In this document: piece by piece, positions 61,405 through 64,000 of the stretch
Layout: the number at the start of each line of letters is the position of its first letter
How positions within the stretch are numbered: the first letter of the stretch is position 1
Source: Bacterioplanoides sp.
GTDB taxonomy: Bacteria > Pseudomonadota > Gammaproteobacteria > Pseudomonadales > Oceanobacteraceae
NCBI RefSeq assembly: GCF_965219715.1
Contig: NZ_OZ244785.1
Coordinates: forward strand, 484,673 to 548,672
DNA: 64,000 bases
Reading direction: 5' to 3'
Notes under the pieces: model-generated
Database searches by the model: none
Seen by the model: the letters and a program-made list of their open reading frames with translations, nothing else
Told to the model about the DNA's origin: nothing
Program-made: the position numbers and the translations under genes

Positions 61405-62103
61405 ATGGCGGTACAAAATGGGGCATTAGAAAAAATGGTGCTAACGGGCTATAAGAATGGCCAGTTCAGTGAGAAAACCGGTGATACCTATACGGTGATG
61501 CTCAATCCCGAAAAGTTTAATCTGAATTCATCCGTGAGTTACAACGATAAATCAGCTCCTGGTTCTGTTGGCGGGACCCCTGAATATACCAGTACTCCTG
61601 GTGATGACCTGAGTTTTGAGTTGTTATTGGACTGTACTGGAATTGTTGATCAGAAAAGAACTGACTTGCAAAAAGAACTTAAAGATTTTAAACAGGTTGC
61701 ATACGAGTACAATGGCAGTATTCACCGGCCAAACTTTGTGGTTATACGCTGGGGGGAGGGTTTAGATTTCTCTGGTGTATTAAACGATATGAAGGTTAGC
61801 TATACGCTTTTTTCACCGAGTGGAAAGCCCCTCCGTGCCAGGCTATCGCTTTCATTTTCTTCCTATGTCGATCCAGAGGAAGCGGAGAAAAAGAAGGGAA
61901 AAAACTCTCCTGATATGACCCATATGATCTCAGTTGTCGAGGGAGATGATCTACCTGCATTGGCTTATCAGACTTACCAGGATGCTTCTTTATGTATCCC
62001 ACTTGCACGTTTTAATGACCTTGATCGTTTCCGCAGGCTGAAGCCCAATAACAATTTGGTATTTCCTCCATTAGACCAATCGTCAGGGAGGCAACATGGC
62101 TGA
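61405..62103 (+). CDS. eCIS tube initiator with C-terminal LysM-like domain (Afp7-like)
   Basis: VMLNPE, HRPNFVVIRWG, LFSPSGKPLRA and VVEGDDLPALAYQTY..LARFN. Confidence 0.9.
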   Translation: MAVQNGALEKMVLTGYKNGQFSEKTGDTYTVMLNPEKFNLNSSVSYNDKSAPGSVGGTPEYTSTPGDDLSFELLLDCTGIVDQKRTDLQKELKDFKQVAYEYNGSIHRPNFVVIRWGEGLDFSGVLNDMKVSYTLFSPSGKPLRARLSLSFSSYVDPEEAEKKKGKNSPDMTHMISVVEGDDLPALAYQTYQDASLCIPLARFNDLDRFRRLKPNNNLVFPPLDQSSGRQHG

Positions 62104-63877
62104 CGAAGGGATTGTTACTTATTTGGTTAAGGTTGAAGGCAAGCAGATACCAGATGAATACGAGATAAGTTCGCTGGAGATCAATCAACAAGTTAATAGT
62201 ATCAGTTCTGCCGTAATCACTTTGAAAGAAGAGTACAGCGTAAATAAAAAATATCCGGCTAGTGCTTCTGATCTGTTTATTCCGGGTAAAAAGCTTTCAA
62301 TTGAAGCCGGATACAGTAACCAAACAGAATCTATATTTAGTGGGATTGTCGTCTCACAGAGTATCAGCCTTGATTCAGAAGAAGGAACCATGTTGACGGT
62401 ACAGTGTAAGGATCCTGCTGTCCTTATGGCGGCCGCACGAAAAAACGGGACCTTTCAAAAAATAAAAGACAGTGCTGCTATCTCAAAAATAATCGGTAAC
62501 TACTCAGGGTTGACTGCCAGTGTTTCAGAAACATCCGTAGAAGTACCATTACTGCAGCAATATTACTGTAGTGATTGGGATTTTATAGTCACTAGAGCTG
62601 AGGCAAACGGTCTGATCGTAGTAAATGAAAATGGCAAAGTTTCCGCCATTAAGCCGGATGCAGATACTACTTCGGTAGCTACTGTCGATGCTGAAGGTGA
62701 TCTGCTGGAATTGTCTGCGGATCTTAACTCCATTGGTCAGGTTGCGTCGATGAAGGCCAGTGCCTGGGATCCGGAAAGCCAGAAAGTTATAGAATCAGAG
62801 AGTGAACCTGCTGGCACAGGCCCGGGGAATTTGTCCAGTAAGGACATTGCTGACGCAGTGGGCAGCAAAGATCCTGGGTTGTTAACCATGAGTCAGGTTA
62901 GCTCGGATGATCTTAAATCATGGTCAGCAGCACGAATGGTGAAATGTACTTACAGTAAGGTGAACGCCACTGCCGTTACACATGGAAACCCGAAATTAAA
63001 AGTTGGCTGTTACCTTACACTTGGTGGGACCGGAGCTCGTTTTGATGGCGATCATTTAATCTCTGCGGTGACCCACTCTATTGAAGATGGTACATGGACA
63101 AGTAAGGTTGAGTTAGGTTTATCCGCTGAATGGTTCACTGAAACCCGTCGCGATATTTCTGCTCCAGCGGCGTCTGGTTTGCTGCCCGGCATAGGTGGGT
63201 TGTGCAGTGCTGTGGTAAAGCAGATTCATGATGACCCGGATAACGGTTTTCGCATCATGATTAATCTTCCTATGTTTAATACCGATGATGATGGCATTTG
63301 GGCAAGGCTAATCCAGGATTATGCATCCGATGGGGCTGGCTTCTTTTTTTACCCGGAAGTGGGTGATGAGGTTGTGGTTGGATTCCTTAATAACGACCCG
63401 TGTTTCCCGGTAGTGTTAGGTGGGGTCTATAGTGGCAAACACAAACCCCAGTCGGATCTTACTCCTGATGAAAAAAACAGCAAAAAAGCAGTTGTAACTA
63501 AAGCGGGCCTGACGCTCCTGTTTAACGATGAAGATAAAGTCGTTACTGTCAAGACACCGGGTAATAACAGTGTTGTTCTTGATGATAAAAATAAAAAGGT
63601 AGCTATTGAAGATCAGAATGGGAATTCGCTGGTGATGGGGGATTCCGGCATTACGATTAAAAGCAGTAAAAACATCACACTTCAGGCAGAACAAAAAGTT
63701 TCACTAAAAGGTGATCAGGGTGTGTCTCAGGAAGCATCTGGTGGTGACGTTGCGATTAAAGGCATGAATGTTAAACAGAGTGCTGATGCTGAGCTGTCTC
63801 TTGAAGGCAGTGCTACCGCTAAAATTCAAGGTGGAACGGAGTTGTCCCTTAAAGGGGCGATGGTAATGATTAACTGA
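62096..63877 (+). CDS. eCIS spike protein, VgrG-like (Afp8)
   Basis: QYYCSDWDFIVTRAEANG and gp5 OB-fold WARL..FYPEVGDEVVVGFLNNDP; C-terminal beta-helix repeats. Confidence 0.93.
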   Translation: MADEGIVTYLVKVEGKQIPDEYEISSLEINQQVNSISSAVITLKEEYSVNKKYPASASDLFIPGKKLSIEAGYSNQTESIFSGIVVSQSISLDSEEGTMLTVQCKDPAVLMAAARKNGTFQKIKDSAAISKIIGNYSGLTASVSETSVEVPLLQQYYCSDWDFIVTRAEANGLIVVNENGKVSAIKPDADTTSVATVDAEGDLLELSADLNSIGQVASMKASAWDPESQKVIESESEPAGTGPGNLSSKDIADAVGSKDPGLLTMSQVSSDDLKSWSAARMVKCTYSKVNATAVTHGNPKLKVGCYLTLGGTGARFDGDHLISAVTHSIEDGTWTSKVELGLSAEWFTETRRDISAPAASGLLPGIGGLCSAVVKQIHDDPDNGFRIMINLPMFNTDDDGIWARLIQDYASDGAGFFFYPEVGDEVVVGFLNNDPCFPVVLGGVYSGKHKPQSDLTPDEKNSKKAVVTKAGLTLLFNDEDKVVTVKTPGNNSVVLDDKNKKVAIEDQNGNSLVMGDSGITIKSSKNITLQAEQKVSLKGDQGVSQEASGGDVAIKGMNVKQSADAELSLEGSATAKIQGGTELSLKGAMVMIN

Positions 63878-63911
63878 TTTTTCGACTTATTTGATAAACA
63901 AGGATGTGTTT

Positions 63912-64000
63912 ATGCCACCCGCTGCCCGATTAACCGATTTTCATTCATGCCCGATGGTGACCCCTGCTGTACCACCGATTCCACATGTTGGAGGTCCAAT
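63912..64000 (+). CDS. PAAR-domain spike tip protein (Afp10-like), 3'-truncated by window edge
   Basis: MPPAARLTDFHSCPMVTPAVPPIPHVGGP. Confidence 0.88.
   Translation, partial: MPPAARLTDFHSCPMVTPAVPPIPHVGGP

Larger units (their letters stand above)
51085..64000. mobile_element. Genomic island at the 3' end of tRNA-Ser carrying an eCIS; right end outside the window
   Basis: Abrupt shift to AT-richer accessory genes right after the tRNA, with AlpA, inovirus-Gp2 and DUF932 genes. No integrase or second att copy was seen in the window. Confidence 0.8.

Noticed and set aside
61407-61414. ops-like GGCGGTAC in the eCIS operon
   Set aside because: Does not match GGCGGTAGnnT and arises from the coding start ATG GCG GTA CAA.
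57198-64000. Type VI secretion system or prophage tail interpretation
   Set aside because: Single gp18-type sheath, gp19-type tubes, DUF4255 and LysM initiator match eCIS; no TssB/C, Hcp, TssJLM, capsid or terminase in view. Downstream sequence should still be checked.

Overview
Chromosomal window (about 50% GC) from a gammaproteobacterium. Gene content and Pseudomonas-like synteny (alaA-msrB-gpx-MarR, tRNA-Glu/Gly, yadGH-queF) suggest a marine Oceanospirillales/Pseudomonadales-type organism (inference). 1-12.8 kb is an accessory-rich stretch: C-N hydrolase, orphan envelope proteins, PepSY reductase, two MNT-HEPN toxin-antitoxin pairs (one preceded by a Fic gene with a His-to-Gln motif change) and a low-GC TIGR04141-like gene. 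12.9-51 kb is mostly core: valS, holC, rlmA, dapE, hpt, a Fur-boxed PepSY operon, an RND pump with a CpxR-type box, MCP, SulP, pdxB, fbpABC, alaA, msrB, gpx, six tRNAs, queF, cyaB and tRNA-Ser. From the 3' end of tRNA-Ser(GGA) to the window end is a lower-GC genomic island. It carries a backbone (AlpA, inovirus-Gp2 HUH protein, XRE, DUF932) followed by the first half of an extracellular contractile injection system (eCIS, Afp/PVC/MAC-type: cap, sheath, two tubes, plug-like peptide, LysM, VgrG, PAAR), truncated by the window edge. Best leads: the island-borne eCIS, a PopZ-like disordered protein gene directly upstream of valS, the Fic-MNT-HEPN triad, the TIGR04141-like candidate defence nuclease, a switch-like leader upstream of pdxB, and a 7-bp VNTR in a divergent promoter. 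All family assignments come from motif recognition by eye; no database searches were run.
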